The notes: generated by a model not told the origin, from the letters alone. A stretch of 64,000 bases of DNA from Brevundimonas sp. (GCF_046299595.1 NZ_JBKBHQ010000001.1:1700736-1764735), one strand, 5' to 3'; positions 1-10,739 are shown, numbered from the stretch's first letter. Numbers and translations: made by a program.

Positions 1-17
1 GACGGGCCTCGGGGGCC

Positions 18-1196
18 TCATGCATCCCAGGGCCGCGCGCCACCACCGAAGTCGTTGATGGTCTCGAACAGGGCGGTCAGCTCGGCGCGCTCCTGCTGGC
101 CGATCTCTGGCTTCCAGACATCGAAGATCAGGATCACGCGATCATGAGTGCTGTCGTTCCACGCCTCGTGCTCGATGGTGTCGTCAAAGCCCCAGGCCAC
201 GCCCTCGCGCCACGGCCGCGTCTCGTGACCGACGCGAAAGGCGCAGCCCTCGGGCACGATCAGGGGCAGGTGACAGATCAGGCGCGTGTTCATCAGGCCC
301 GTGTGCGGCGGGATGCGCGCACCGCCCTTCAGCCTTGAGAACAGCACCGAGGGCGTTCGGTCCTCGATGCGGGTGAGCGGCATCTCTTCGAGTGCAGCCA
401 TGGTGGCCGGGCAGGTGCGCGCGGTCTGCTCGATCTCGTGGCCGTCGCGGACCAGATAAAGCGCGCTCCAGTCATCGTTGCCCGCCATGCCTGCCTGACC
501 GGTGTTGGGGCGATCGGCGCGCGTCTCGACGTAGGGGGCGAACGCCGCCTCGGCGCGCATCAGGGCGGACAGCTCCTCGCGGATGGCCGGAAAGGCCGCC
601 TCGATGGCATCGAGACAGGGCAGGGTCTCGCGCGGATAGAAACCGATGTCGGCAAGGCCCGGATAGTAGAAATAGCGCGGCTGCTGGCGATAGGCGCGCG
701 TCTCGCCCAGCAAGGTGCCCAGCGCATGGGCGAAGCGCGCCGAGGTCTGGCCGGGGGTGACGCCGCGCGCGGCCAGACCCTCGTTCAGATGGGCGGCGAA
801 GCGCGCGCTGATGTCGAGGCACGCCTGCTCCACGCGGCGCAGGTCCGCGATCAGGGCTGCGGGCAGGTTGCTCGCTCCGTCCGCCAGCTTGAGCGCGCTC
901 TGATAGAAGCTGGCCCCTGCACGCAGGTCGCCAAGGGCCACGAAGCCGTCGCCGCGAAAGATCAGGGCGGGAATGTTGCGCGGCTCGCGGCGCAGCACCT
1001 CGTCGATGGCCGCAAGCGCGCCGGGCCAGTCGTCGAGCCCGCGCCGGGCATAGGCCAGGCCGAAGAAGGCGCGTGCATCGGCTCCGGGATGGGCGCAGAC
1101 GCGCGCGAATCCGGCGGCGGCCTCATCGAAACGGCCCTGTTGCAGGGCGATACCGGCGCTGTTGGCCTCGCGGGCGGGGTCGTAGGCGGTGCTCAT
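18..1196 (-). CDS. TPR-containing aspartyl/asparaginyl beta-hydroxylase family protein
   Basis: N-terminal TPR-like helices (ARAFFGLAYARRGLDDWPGALAAID). C-terminal AspH-type dioxygenase motifs FSRLKGGARIPPHTG...FDDTIEHEAWN. Start placed at MSTAYD (1196), not the longer ORF start. Confidence 0.8.
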   Translation of the reverse strand: MSTAYDPAREANSAGIALQQGRFDEAAAGFARVCAHPGADARAFFGLAYARRGLDDWPGALAAIDEVLRREPRNIPALIFRGDGFVALGDLRAGASFYQSALKLADGASNLPAALIADLRRVEQACLDISARFAAHLNEGLAARGVTPGQTSARFAHALGTLLGETRAYRQQPRYFYYPGLADIGFYPRETLPCLDAIEAAFPAIREELSALMRAEAAFAPYVETRADRPNTGQAGMAGNDDWSALYLVRDGHEIEQTARTCPATMAALEEMPLTRIEDRTPSVLFSRLKGGARIPPHTGLMNTRLICHLPLIVPEGCAFRVGHETRPWREGVAWGFDDTIEHEAWNDSTHDRVILIFDVWKPEIGQQERAELTALFETINDFGGGARPWDA

Positions 1197-1251
1197 TGCC
1201 CCACGCTGGCGCGCAGGCCTGATGGCGTCAATGGCCGAGGCACGGGTCCGC

Positions 1252-1527
1252 TCAGTGCTCTTCCTCGAAGCGGCAGCCGACCAGATCGGCAAGGGCGTCC
1301 AGCGCGGCCTCGGCATCGGGCCCCTCGGCGCTGATCTCGATGGTGGAGCCGATGCCAGCGCCCAGCATCAGCAGGCCCATGATCGAGCGCGCGTCCACGG
1401 TGCTGCCCTCGCGGCTGACGCGGATGTCGGCCTCGAAGCCCGACGCCAGCTTGACGAACTTGGCCGAGGCGCGCGCGTGCAGCCCGCGGCTGTTGCAGAT
1501 CTCGATCACGCGCGAGAGGGCCGCCAC
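1252..1527 (-). CDS. ptsH: HPr/NPr phosphocarrier protein
   Basis: GLHARAS active-site motif, DARSIMGLLML Ser motif, 91 aa. Confidence 0.92.
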   Translation of the reverse strand: MAALSRVIEICNSRGLHARASAKFVKLASGFEADIRVSREGSTVDARSIMGLLMLGAGIGSTIEISAEGPDAEAALDALADLVGCRFEEEH

Positions 1528-1530
1528 CGC

Positions 1531-1956
1531 TCAGCCCGCGGCGCGGTCGGGCTTGAGCAGCCACGAGGCCGCCGCGATGTATTTGCGCCCCGCCTCGACC
1601 GCCTGGGCCACGCAGGCCTCGAAGGGCTCGCGCCCGCGAATCCCGGCCAGCTTGATGAGCATGGGCAGGTTGATGCCGCACAGCACCTCGGCGCGCGTCT
1701 CCTCCATGGTCGAGATGGCCAGATTGGACGGGGTGCCACCGAACATGTCGGTCAGCAGGATCACGCCCGCGCCCTCGTCGACGGCCGAGGCCGCCGTGAG
1801 GATGTCGCGGCGCCGCCGCTCCATGTCGTCGTCCGCCTCGATGCAGACGGCGGCCACGTTGCGCTGTGGCCCGACGACGTGCTCCATGGCGGCGAGAAAC
1901 TCGCGCGCCAGCCCGCCGTGGGTGACGATGACAAGACCGATGACGCGCTCACTCAT
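1531..1956 (-). CDS. PTS EIIA component, mannose/fructose family (ManX-like)
   Basis: IGLVIVTHG...LTDMFGGTPSN...GINLPML motifs; lies between hprK and HPr. Confidence 0.9.
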   Translation of the reverse strand: MSERVIGLVIVTHGGLAREFLAAMEHVVGPQRNVAAVCIEADDDMERRRRDILTAASAVDEGAGVILLTDMFGGTPSNLAISTMEETRAEVLCGINLPMLIKLAGIRGREPFEACVAQAVEAGRKYIAAASWLLKPDRAAG

Positions 1957-2046
1957 GCTTTCGGCGGACTTCATCCACGCCCCTGCGGGGGCACCTCAGG
2001 CTCAAGCCATAGGACGAGACGGGCGTTCAGGGAAGACGCCTTCGCG

Positions 2047-2493
2047 TCACACCGGGCCAGCACGCAGGTGATCGAGGGCGGCGATCAGGCGCTCGGGCGT
2101 GGCGGGCTCGCGCAGGCGCAGGTCGAGTGCGGGCACGCTCACGCCCTCAAGGGTGCGGACTCCGGGTTCGGGCAGGCGCTCAGGCAGCGTCTCGCCGCAG
2201 TCCGTGACCGCAAGGGCGATGCGGGCCAGATCGAGGCCGGTGCAGGCGATGATGCCCACATGGCGCACCTCGATCAGGCCCTTCAGGCGCTCAGGGGCCG
2301 CCCCATAGAGCCGCCCGCTGCTCGGCCAGACGCAGACGCGGTCGTCCGCGACCAGACGAAAGCCGCGCGCGCACATCCTGAGGGCCAGATCGCTCTTGCC
2401 CGAACCGCTCGGCCCGAAGATCAGCACGCCCTGCCAGCCGAAGGGGCGATGGCGCGCGACCAGGCTGGCGTGCAGGGTGTCAGACCCGCGCAT
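2047..2493 (-). CDS. hprK: HPr kinase/phosphorylase (short alphaproteobacterial type)
   Basis: LHAS...GVLIFGPSGSGKSDLAL...LVADD...GLIEVR motifs; downstream of chvG. Confidence 0.88.
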   Translation of the reverse strand: MRGSDTLHASLVARHRPFGWQGVLIFGPSGSGKSDLALRMCARGFRLVADDRVCVWPSSGRLYGAAPERLKGLIEVRHVGIIACTGLDLARIALAVTDCGETLPERLPEPGVRTLEGVSVPALDLRLREPATPERLIAALDHLRAGPV

Positions 2494-4108
2494 GGGGCAG
2501 TTCGACCACGAAACGCGCACCCGCCACCGTTCCGTCCGCGCTCATGCGGTTCTCGGCGTGGATCAGGCCGTCATTCGAGGTGACGATCTGGCGGGCGATG
2601 GACAGGCCAAGGCCGGAGTTGTTGCCAAAGGCCGTGCCGCGCGGGCGCGAGGTGTAGAAACGCTCGAAGACGGTTTCGAGGTTCTCGGGCGGAATGCCGG
2701 GGCCGTCATCCTCGATGATGATGCGGATAGGCCTGAGCGGGTCGTCGCCCTCGTCGAGGCAGACTCGCACCTCGCCGCCCGGCGGGCTGAACGAGCGGGC
2801 GTTGTCGATCAGGTTGCGGAACACCTGACCCAGCGGGCCTTCGCGGCTGACCACCTCGACCGGCTCGTCCGGGGCGGTGAGGCTCACGCTCACGTTCTCG
2901 GCACCCACGGCGGGATCATAGGTGGCGATGATGTCGCCCAGCAGGCGCGTCAGGTCGATGGGCCGGGGCGCATCGCGCGACAGTTCCGCATCGAGGCGCG
3001 AGGCATTGGAGATGTCGGTTATCAGGCGGTCGAGGCGGCGCACGTCCTGTTGCAGCACCGCGATCATGCGCGCCTTGGCGCTGTCGTCCTTCACCAGCTC
3101 CAGCGTCTCGATGGCCGAGCGGATCGAGGTGAGGGGGTTCTTGATCTCGTGGGCCACATCGGCGGCGAAGCGCTCGATGGCATCCATGCGGTTGGACAAG
3201 GTGGCGGTCATGGTCTCGAGCGAGCGGGCCAGATCGCCGATCTCGTCCTCACGCCGCTCCAGATCGGGAAGCGAGATGGCGCGCGCGCGCTCCAGGCGCA
3301 CCTGATCGGCCGCGGACGCCAGGCGCAGAACGGGTCGGGCGATGAACAGATGCAGCAGGAACGAGGTCAGCAGGCTGACGCCGAAGGCGACGATGGCAAA
3401 GGGCGTCAGGGCGCGCCGCTGGGCCGAGAGAATCTCCTCCACGTCGCCTGCCTCGAGCGTCAGGACCCCCAGCACGCTCTGCACATGGCGGATGGGGATG
3501 GAGACCGACACCACCTGATCGCCGCTCTCGGACAGGCGCAGGCCCCGCTGGGTCTCGCCATCCAGCGCCGCGTCGACCTCGTTGCCCAGCGCGATGCGCG
3601 CGCGCTCAAGCCGCGCCTGTTCCTGTTCGGGGTTGATGCGGCTGCGCTCGGCCGAGCCCGATGGCCGGGCCGGGGGCAGGGGCTCTCCGGCAATGATCTC
3701 GGTGACGTTGTAGCTGTCGGCCACCAGAAGGCCGTCGATGTCGAACAGGCGCGCGCGCTGACCCTGGGGCACGAAGTTGTCGCGCAGCAGCAGGGCGGCA
3801 CCCAGCGCATCAAAGGCGGGGAAGGGCTCGCCGCGCGTCACCTGTGTCTCGCCCAGCAGATTGGACAGAAGCTCGGCCTGGGCCTCCAGCGAATCGAGGC
3901 GCGCATCCACCAGCCCGCGCCGCCACTCGTTCAGCGCCAGGGCGCCAACGAACAGGATCATCAGGCTGAGCAGGTTCAGGAAAAGGATCAGCCCGCCGAG
4001 CCGCGAGCCGGGAAAGCGCCAGCGCGAGAGCGTGTGGCGGGCCCTCAGGCGGCGCCTTGACGGGAGGGTCGGGCCCTCAGCTTTCCCGGTAACGGTATCC
4101 GACGCCAT
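2480..4108 (-). CDS. chvG: Sensor histidine kinase ChvG
   Basis: Two TM segments, [19 protein letters not shown]-box, [17 protein letters not shown]; paired with chvI. Confidence 0.9.
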   Translation of the reverse strand: MASDTVTGKAEGPTLPSRRRLRARHTLSRWRFPGSRLGGLILFLNLLSLMILFVGALALNEWRRGLVDARLDSLEAQAELLSNLLGETQVTRGEPFPAFDALGAALLLRDNFVPQGQRARLFDIDGLLVADSYNVTEIIAGEPLPPARPSGSAERSRINPEQEQARLERARIALGNEVDAALDGETQRGLRLSESGDQVVSVSIPIRHVQSVLGVLTLEAGDVEEILSAQRRALTPFAIVAFGVSLLTSFLLHLFIARPVLRLASAADQVRLERARAISLPDLERREDEIGDLARSLETMTATLSNRMDAIERFAADVAHEIKNPLTSIRSAIETLELVKDDSAKARMIAVLQQDVRRLDRLITDISNASRLDAELSRDAPRPIDLTRLLGDIIATYDPAVGAENVSVSLTAPDEPVEVVSREGPLGQVFRNLIDNARSFSPPGGEVRVCLDEGDDPLRPIRIIIEDDGPGIPPENLETVFERFYTSRPRGTAFGNNSGLGLSIARQIVTSNDGLIHAENRMSADGTVAGARFVVELPHARV

Positions 4109-4784
4109 AAAGGGTTTCTATCGCGTCGAACTCGGGATCGACCACCCGGAACTTCTTGCGCATCCGCTTGACGTGGCTGTCGATGGTGCGGTCGTCCACA
4201 TAGACCTGATCGTCATAGGCGGCGTCCATCAGGCTGTCGCGGCTTTTCACGAAGCCGGGGCGCTGGGCCAGCGCCTGCAAGAGCAGGAACTCGGTCACGG
4301 TCAGCTTCACGGGCTTGCCGTCCCAGGTGCACTCGTGGCGCGCCGGGTCCATGGACAGCTTGCCCCGGCGGATGGCGCGGGTGTTGGCGGCCTCGGCATC
4401 GCCGGCCGCATCGCCCGTCTCGGTGCCCGCACGGCGCAGAACGGCCTTGACGCGCTCCAGCAGCAGGCGCTGGCTGAAGGGCTTGTGCATGTAGTCGTCG
4501 GCCCCGAGGTTGAAGCCGAGCACCTCGTCGATCTCGTCGTCCTTGGAGGTCAGGATGATGACCGGCAGGCTGGAGTTCTGGCGCAGGCGACGCAGCACCT
4601 CCATGCCGTCCATGCGCGGCATCTTCACGTCGAGAATGGCCAGATCGGGCGGATCGCTCTCCAGTGCGGCAAGGCCCGCCGCGCCGTCATGATAGGCCTT
4701 CACGGTGTGGCCGTGGCTCTCGAGTGCCACCGAGACCGAGGCGACGATGTTCTCGTCGTCGTCCACCAGGGTGATCTTGGCCAT
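4077..4784 (-). CDS. chvI: OmpR-family response regulator ChvI
   Basis: [10 protein letters not shown]...[10 protein letters not shown]...[16 protein letters not shown]...[11 protein letters not shown]. Confidence 0.93.
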   Translation of the reverse strand: MAKITLVDDDENIVASVSVALESHGHTVKAYHDGAAGLAALESDPPDLAILDVKMPRMDGMEVLRRLRQNSSLPVIILTSKDDEIDEVLGFNLGADDYMHKPFSQRLLLERVKAVLRRAGTETGDAAGDAEAANTRAIRRGKLSMDPARHECTWDGKPVKLTVTEFLLLQALAQRPGFVKSRDSLMDAAYDDQVYVDDRTIDSHVKRMRKKFRVVDPEFDAIETLYGVGYRYRES

Positions 4785-4803
4785 GGAGTTTCACCTCAAT
4801 CCT

Positions 4804-4857
4804 AAATGGTCCGCACGGGCCGAAATGGTCCGCACGGGCCGAGATGGTCCGCACGGG
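4804..4857. repeat. 19-bp tandem repeat, about 3 copies (AAATGGTCCGCACGGGCCG)
   Basis: Copies at 4804, 4823 and 4842 (third has one mismatch and is truncated); 20 nt upstream of the chvI start. Confidence 0.9.
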
Positions 4858-5046
4858 ATGTAGGAGCGGGCGCGCGATTGCGCCGTGGCCCTTAAACGCA
4901 CGCCCCCGCCAAATGTTCGCTTTCGCCCGCTGCGCGGCGGGCGGGGCGGGCAGACCGCGTCGCGGGCCATCACGACCAGCTAGGCGGTATTCGCGGCGAG
5001 ACTACGGCAAGGCTTGTCGTGCTGCAACGCTGGGTGGGTGCATGCC

Positions 5047-5061
5047 CTAACCCGTGCTTAA
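5047..5061. promoter_or_regulatory. CtrA-box-like motif CTAA-N7-TTAA
   Basis: CTAA CCCGTGC TTAA against the CtrA consensus TTAA-N7-TTAA; intergenic, in a 69% GC background. Confidence 0.55.
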
Positions 5062-5155
5062 GCCCTGTGTGTCATGGTGCCCGCTCACCACCGGCAATGA
5101 GGGCGAACAGGCTCCGCACCGGGGGATCATGGCTTCAGAGGGCGAGTATCGCGTG

Positions 5156-6880
5156 ATGGCGGGTCCGGTTCACTTCGAGGTCTATACGCGCAAGACCGTG
5201 CAGTCGCCCTGGGCGCTTCTGCAGGCGACGGAGGTGCGCGCTCAGGCCTTCGAGGTCGCCGAGGAGATGCTGGCGGACAAGCGCGCGGTTGCGGTGCGCG
5301 TGACCAAGGAAACCCTCGACATCGACACCATGGAGTTCCAGAGCGTCACCGTGCTGCAACGCGGTGCGCCCGAGCCGCCCAAGCCGCGCTCGGTCAGGAA
5401 CGAGGGCCATCAGTCCAACTGCAACGCGCCTGCCGATCTCTATACGCCCCATGCCCGCGAGCTGATCGCCCGTGTTCTCGAGGACTGGCTGGGACGTCAC
5501 GGCGTGACGGCCTTTGAGCTGATGCATCGGCCCGATCTGGTCGAGAAGCTGGAAGCCTCGGGCGTCGAGTATCAGCACGCCATCCAGAAGATCGCCGTGC
5601 CCGAGGCCCAGGATACCGGCCAGCCGGTGCACGAGCTGGTGCGCCACTATCAGCGGCTGGGCGATGGCGCCATGGAGCGGGTGATCCGCACGGGCAAGAA
5701 GGGTCGCTTTGCCGATCTGGGCACCGAGACCATTGCCCGCGTGGCGGTGCGGCTGGCCGAGGATCCCGAGCGCGCGTTCCTGATGGGCGGGACGGTGGCG
5801 CGGTATCTGGCGCCCGCGCGCAACTGGCGTGACCGGCTGACCCGGCTGGTGGACCTGGCCGATGCGGCACCCAAGGACGGACAGCCGCGTGCCCTGTGCC
5901 TGGTGGCCATAGAGCAGGTGCTGATCGAGATGGTGGGCTCGGGCGCGGCCATGGCCGAGATCATCGGCCCCTCGCTCGATCTGGGCGAGACCCTGGCGGT
6001 CATGGCGCGCATGGCCGCCCCGCGCGAGGTCGAGGCCCTGATCGCCAGCGATGCGCGCCTCGGCGAGCTGATCCCGCCCATCGAGGGGCCGACGGCGCGG
6101 CTGGCGGATCAGCTTTCGTCCGGCTTCTATCCGCTCTTGTCCAATGCCATGGCGCGCCGGGTGCTGCGCGAACTGATGAGCCCCAGGCGCCTGCGCCGGC
6201 GCGATGCGGTCGGAGAGATCGAGATCCTGCGCGCCCTGGCCATGGCCCTGACCGCTTCGGCGGGGCGGCTGCTGTCGCTTGACGATGTGCAGAACGCCTT
6301 TGTCGAGCGCTCCAAGGCGCTGGTGACGGCGGATTTCGTGGGTGCCTACATCGGTCAGGGCCTCAGCGCGCCGGAGGAGGCCGAGGCCCTGCTGAAGCTG
6401 TGCGAGAACGTCACCGGGCTGGCCAACAAGCGCGCCGCCGGGCGCTGGCTGTCGGCCACGGTCTGCTCGCTGCGGCTGGAGAAGGCCGTGCGCGAATGGA
6501 ACCGGCCCGCAGGCGCGCGGCTGCACTGGCTGGCGAGCGTGCAGCGCGGGGTGCGCCTCGCAGGCCTGCCCGAGAAGGAAAACGACGAGATCACCGAGGC
6601 GCTCGGGCGGCTGGGCTGCCTTGTCGAGGCCGATGCACGCCTGATCAGTGGCCTTGCCCGCACCGGCGCGCCCGTGCTTCAGAAGGTGACGGCCCTGCTG
6701 CGCATGGCCACGGGCGAGAGCGCGCCGCTTGGCCCCGCCAGCGAGCGGGCCAGGGCCGAGGCGCTGAAGCTGCTGCGCCAGCCCGGCACCCGCGCTGCCC
6801 TCGCAGAGACGCCCGATGCGCTCGGCCCGATCCGCACCCTGATGGCGAGCGCCGGGCTGGGCTCGGGCATGGCTGCCTAG
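5156..6880 (+). CDS. Hypothetical protein (~574 aa, largely helical)
   Basis: Long ORF with genome-typical GC3 bias filling the gap between chvI and dapE. Start uncertain (5054/5129/5156). Confidence 0.75.
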   Translation: MAGPVHFEVYTRKTVQSPWALLQATEVRAQAFEVAEEMLADKRAVAVRVTKETLDIDTMEFQSVTVLQRGAPEPPKPRSVRNEGHQSNCNAPADLYTPHARELIARVLEDWLGRHGVTAFELMHRPDLVEKLEASGVEYQHAIQKIAVPEAQDTGQPVHELVRHYQRLGDGAMERVIRTGKKGRFADLGTETIARVAVRLAEDPERAFLMGGTVARYLAPARNWRDRLTRLVDLADAAPKDGQPRALCLVAIEQVLIEMVGSGAAMAEIIGPSLDLGETLAVMARMAAPREVEALIASDARLGELIPPIEGPTARLADQLSSGFYPLLSNAMARRVLRELMSPRRLRRRDAVGEIEILRALAMALTASAGRLLSLDDVQNAFVERSKALVTADFVGAYIGQGLSAPEEAEALLKLCENVTGLANKRAAGRWLSATVCSLRLEKAVREWNRPAGARLHWLASVQRGVRLAGLPEKENDEITEALGRLGCLVEADARLISGLARTGAPVLQKVTALLRMATGESAPLGPASERARAEALKLLRQPGTRAALAETPDALGPIRTLMASAGLGSGMAA

Positions 6881-6903
6881 AGAGGCCGCCCAGAGAGGGC
6901 CGT

Positions 6904-8055
6904 CTAGAGCGGCTGCTCGAAGAAGCGCCGGATCAGCGCGGCATAGACATCGCGCAGGGCCGCGATTTCATCTACGTGCACGCGCTCGTCGATCTGATGG
7001 ATGGTCTGGCCCACCAGACCCAGCTCCACCACCGGGCACAGGGCACGGATGAAGCGCGCATCGGACGTGCCCCCCGAGGTCGAGGCGACCGGGCGCGTGC
7101 CGGTCACGGCCTCGACCGTATCCTGCACCAGGGTGACGAAGGGGCCGGGCTCGGTCAGGAAGGCATCGCCCGACCACAGGGTCTCGACACGGACGGGAAG
7201 GGCGCGCAGCCCGGCGATGTGGTCGGCGCTCTCGCGCAGCCAGCGCGTCAGGCTCTCGCCCGAGTGGTTGGGGTTAAAGCGGATGTTCAGCCGCGCCGTC
7301 GCCTTTTCTGGAATGACATTGGTGGCGGGATTGCCCACGTCCAGCGTGGTGATCTCCAGATTGGAGGGCGGAAACTCGGGAAAGCCGTCATCGAGGCGAT
7401 GGGCGCGCAGCACCTCCAGCAGGTCGAGCAGCACGGGGATGGGATTGGCGCCGCGCTCGGGATAGGCGACATGGCCCTGACGGCCCTCGACGGTGATCCA
7501 GGCGTTGAGCGAGCCGCGCCGCCCGATCTTGATGGTGTCGCCCAGCGCCAGCACCGAGGACGGCTCGCCCACCACGCAGGCGTCGATGACCTCGCCTTCG
7601 TCCCGCAACACCTCGACGACCGCCCGGGTGCCATGAATGGCGCGCCCCTCCTCGTCGCCGGTGATCAGCAGCGACAGCGACCCGCGCACCGCGCCTTCGG
7701 CCAGCACATCGTCCAGCGCCGCGATCCAGGCGGCGATGCAGCCCTTCATGTCGGCCGCGCCGCGCCCATACAGCACACCGTCCTCGATCTCGGCGGCAAA
7801 GGGCGGATGGCGCCATGCATCGAGCGGGCCTGGGGGCACCACGTCCGTATGACCCGCAAAGCACAGGTTCGGCCCCTCGCTGCCGCGCCGGGCATAGAGG
7901 TTCTCTATGCCCTCGAAGGCCATGCGGCGGCAGGCAAAGCCCAGCCGCTCCAGCTGGGCCTGCACCAGATCCATGGCCCCCTCGTCGGCGGGGGTGATGG
8001 AGGGAATGCGGATCAGGTCTTGCGTCAGGCGCACGGGATCGACAGATGCGTTCAT
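6904..8055 (-). CDS. dapE: Succinyl-diaminopimelate desuccinylase
   Basis: FAGHTDVVP, GRGAADMKG, TGDEEG, VGEP, GRRGS, GGTSDARF, HQIDE. Confidence 0.95.
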   Translation of the reverse strand: MNASVDPVRLTQDLIRIPSITPADEGAMDLVQAQLERLGFACRRMAFEGIENLYARRGSEGPNLCFAGHTDVVPPGPLDAWRHPPFAAEIEDGVLYGRGAADMKGCIAAWIAALDDVLAEGAVRGSLSLLITGDEEGRAIHGTRAVVEVLRDEGEVIDACVVGEPSSVLALGDTIKIGRRGSLNAWITVEGRQGHVAYPERGANPIPVLLDLLEVLRAHRLDDGFPEFPPSNLEITTLDVGNPATNVIPEKATARLNIRFNPNHSGESLTRWLRESADHIAGLRALPVRVETLWSGDAFLTEPGPFVTLVQDTVEAVTGTRPVASTSGGTSDARFIRALCPVVELGLVGQTIHQIDERVHVDEIAALRDVYAALIRRFFEQPL

Positions 8056-8097
8056 GGCCCAGCTTTATGACGGGCCGCCGCCCGCGAGAAGGCCGTC

Positions 8098-8574
8098 ATG
8101 CCGAAGATTGATCCTGAAACCGCCCCGACCGGCCACGGGACCAGCTATCCCGACGAGCACGCCGGGCCCTGTCTGGGCCGCAGGCGCTGGCGCCTTGGCG
8201 ATGCGGCCGGTCTGAGCCAGTTCGGAGTCAACCTGCTGCAACTGTCGCCGGGCGACTGGTCCAGCCAGCGCCACTGGCACGAAGGCGAGGACGAGTTCGT
8301 GTGGGTGATCGAGGGGCAGGTGGTGCTGGTCGAGGAAGACGGCGAGACCATTCTGAACGCGGGCGACTGCGCGGGTTTCAAAGCTGGCGTGGCCAACGGC
8401 CACAAGATCGAGAACCGCTCTGGCGACGTGGCCGTCCTGCTTGAGGTCGGAACCCGCACACCGGGCGGCGACGCCTGCGACTATCCTGACATCGACATGG
8501 TCCTGCCAAAGGGGGCGGATCGCTATTTCCACCGCGACGGTACGCCCTATCCGAAGTATCAGCGGCGCACGTGA
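8098..8574 (+). CDS. Cupin domain protein
   Basis: GDAAGLSQFGVNL...SSQRHWHEGEDEFVWV...GH cupin motifs. Confidence 0.85.
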   Translation: MPKIDPETAPTGHGTSYPDEHAGPCLGRRRWRLGDAAGLSQFGVNLLQLSPGDWSSQRHWHEGEDEFVWVIEGQVVLVEEDGETILNAGDCAGFKAGVANGHKIENRSGDVAVLLEVGTRTPGGDACDYPDIDMVLPKGADRYFHRDGTPYPKYQRRT

Positions 8575-9860
8575 GCCTAGACGCCCCCGAAAATCCCGAA
8601 CCGGGCCGCCTGCCCCGGCCCGAGGAAAGCCTTGGGCCGGAAAGTCCGTGGCGCATCCGCGACTTCCGCCTGCTTTGGCTGGGGCGTCTGGCGGCGGTGC
8701 TGGGCATCCAGACCCAGTCCTCGGCCCTCCTGTGGCAGGTCTATGAGATCGCGCGCCAGGACCATCCCATCGAGCAGGCGAGCCTTTATCTGGGACTGGT
8801 GGGCCTGGTGCAGTTCGTGCCCCTGCTGGCCCTGACCCTGCCTGCGGGCGAGATGGCCGACCGGCGCGACCGCAAGCGCACCGTGGCCGTATCCATCCTT
8901 GTCGAGGGGCTGTGCGCGGCCGCCTTTCTGGCCATGGCCCTGCACGGCGATCCGCCCCTGTGGGGCCTGCTGGCCGTGGCGGCGCTGTTCGGGGCTTGCC
9001 GGGCCTTTCTCGCGCCGGCCAGCCAGGCCTTCCTGCCCATGGTGGTGGGCCGCCGCGCCCTGCCCGCGGCCATCGCCGCCCAGTCCATCGCCTTTCAGGC
9101 CGGGGCCATCGCCGGACCGGCACTGGGCGGGGTGATCGTGGGCATCGCCCTGCCACTGGCCTATGCGGTGGCGGCGGGCCTGTTCATGCTGGCGCTGGCA
9201 TCCTTCCTGCTGATCCGCACCTCGGGCAGGCCGCCGCGGGTGGCCACGGCCCTGTCGCGCATGGCCGCGGTGCGCGAGGGCCTCGCCTATGTGTGGCGCA
9301 CCAAGATCGTGCTGGGGGCCATCTCGCTGGATCTGGTGGTGGTGCTGCTGGCGGGCGTGGCGCTGCTGACGCCGATCTTTGCGCGCGACATCCTCGACGT
9401 CGGCCCGGAAGGCTTCGGCTTTCTGCGCGCGTCCTTCGGGGTGGGAGCCCTGATGATGGCGCTTTACCTGTCGCGCTTTCCCATTCGCAGGCGCGGGGGA
9501 CTGTGGATGTTCAGCGCCGTGGCCGTTTTCGGTGTCTGCACCCTGATATTCGGGCTGTCGCAGATCGTGTGGCTGTCGGGACTGGTGCTGCTGATCGGCG
9601 GGGCGGCAGACATGATCAGCGTCAATATCCGCCATACCCTGATCCAGCTCTCCACGCCCGATCACATGAGGGGGCGCGTCAGCTCGGTCTCCATGCTGTT
9701 CATCGGGGCCAGCAACGAGCTGGGCGAAGCCTATTCGGGCGTGATGGTGCGCCTGCTCGGCCCTGTGGGTGCGGCGGTGTTCGGAGGCTGCGGCGCGCTG
9801 GTGGCCACGGGGGCGTGGGCGCGCATGTTCCCGGCCCTGCGGCGGGCCGACAGGCTCTGA
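8571..9860 (+). CDS. MFS transporter (DHA3/EntS-like)
   Basis: About 12 hydrophobic segments, AGEMADRRDRK motif A, STPDHMRGRV. Confidence 0.85.
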   Translation: MSLDAPENPEPGRLPRPEESLGPESPWRIRDFRLLWLGRLAAVLGIQTQSSALLWQVYEIARQDHPIEQASLYLGLVGLVQFVPLLALTLPAGEMADRRDRKRTVAVSILVEGLCAAAFLAMALHGDPPLWGLLAVAALFGACRAFLAPASQAFLPMVVGRRALPAAIAAQSIAFQAGAIAGPALGGVIVGIALPLAYAVAAGLFMLALASFLLIRTSGRPPRVATALSRMAAVREGLAYVWRTKIVLGAISLDLVVVLLAGVALLTPIFARDILDVGPEGFGFLRASFGVGALMMALYLSRFPIRRRGGLWMFSAVAVFGVCTLIFGLSQIVWLSGLVLLIGGAADMISVNIRHTLIQLSTPDHMRGRVSSVSMLFIGASNELGEAYSGVMVRLLGPVGAAVFGGCGALVATGAWARMFPALRRADRL

Positions 9861-9890
9861 CCTGCGGGCGGGCGCTGCTCGCGTGCCGCC

Positions 9891-10739
9891 CTAGTCGCGC
9901 AGAAGCTCGTTCACGCCGGTCTTGGCGCGGGTCCGGGCATCGACGCGCTTGACGATGACCGCGCAATAGAGCGACGGCCCGCCAGCGGGGTCGGGCAGGG
10001 CGCCGGGCACCACCACGGCATAGGGCGGAACCTCGCCGCGCGTGATCTCGCCGGTGGCGCGGTCCACGATCCTGGTCGAGGCGGACAGATAGACGCCCAT
10101 GGCCAGCACCGCACCTTCGCGCACGATCACGCCCTCGGCCACCTCGGCGCGCGCGCCGATGAAGCAGTTGTCCTCGATGATGGTCGGGGTGGCCTGCAAG
10201 GGCTCCAGCACCCCGCCGATGCCCGCACCGCCCGAGATGTGAACATTGCGCCCGATCTGGGCACAGGAGCCGACCGTGGCCCATGCATCGACCATGGAGC
10301 CCTCGTCCACGAAGGCGCCGATGTTCACGAAGCTGGGCATCAGCACCACATTGCGCCCGATGTGCGCGCCGCGGCGCACGAGGGCACCGGGCACGGCGCG
10401 AAAGCCCGCGTCCTCGAAGTGGCTGGCCTTCCAGCCTGCGAACTTGTTGGGCACCTTGTCCCACCACGGCCCCACGCCGAGCGGTTCGTGACGGCCATTG
10501 TGCATGATGGTGTTGGGCTCGAGCCGGAACGAGAGCAGTACGGCTTTCTTCAGCCACTCGTGGGTGATCCAGGTGCCGTCGCCCTGACGCTCGGCGACGC
10601 GGAAGCGGCCCTCGTCCAGCAGGCCGATGGCCTCCTCGACCGCGCGGCGGGCCGGGCCCTTGCTCTGGGGGTTGAGCGAGGCGCGCTCGGCCCAGGCAGC
10701 TTCGATGTCGGCCTTGGTGGCGGCAAGATCGGCGGTCAT
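9891..10739 (-). CDS. dapD: Tetrahydrodipicolinate N-succinyltransferase
   Basis: [56 protein letters not shown]. Confidence 0.95.
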   Translation of the reverse strand: MTADLAATKADIEAAWAERASLNPQSKGPARRAVEEAIGLLDEGRFRVAERQGDGTWITHEWLKKAVLLSFRLEPNTIMHNGRHEPLGVGPWWDKVPNKFAGWKASHFEDAGFRAVPGALVRRGAHIGRNVVLMPSFVNIGAFVDEGSMVDAWATVGSCAQIGRNVHISGGAGIGGVLEPLQATPTIIEDNCFIGARAEVAEGVIVREGAVLAMGVYLSASTRIVDRATGEITRGEVPPYAVVVPGALPDPAGGPSLYCAVIVKRVDARTRAKTGVNELLRD

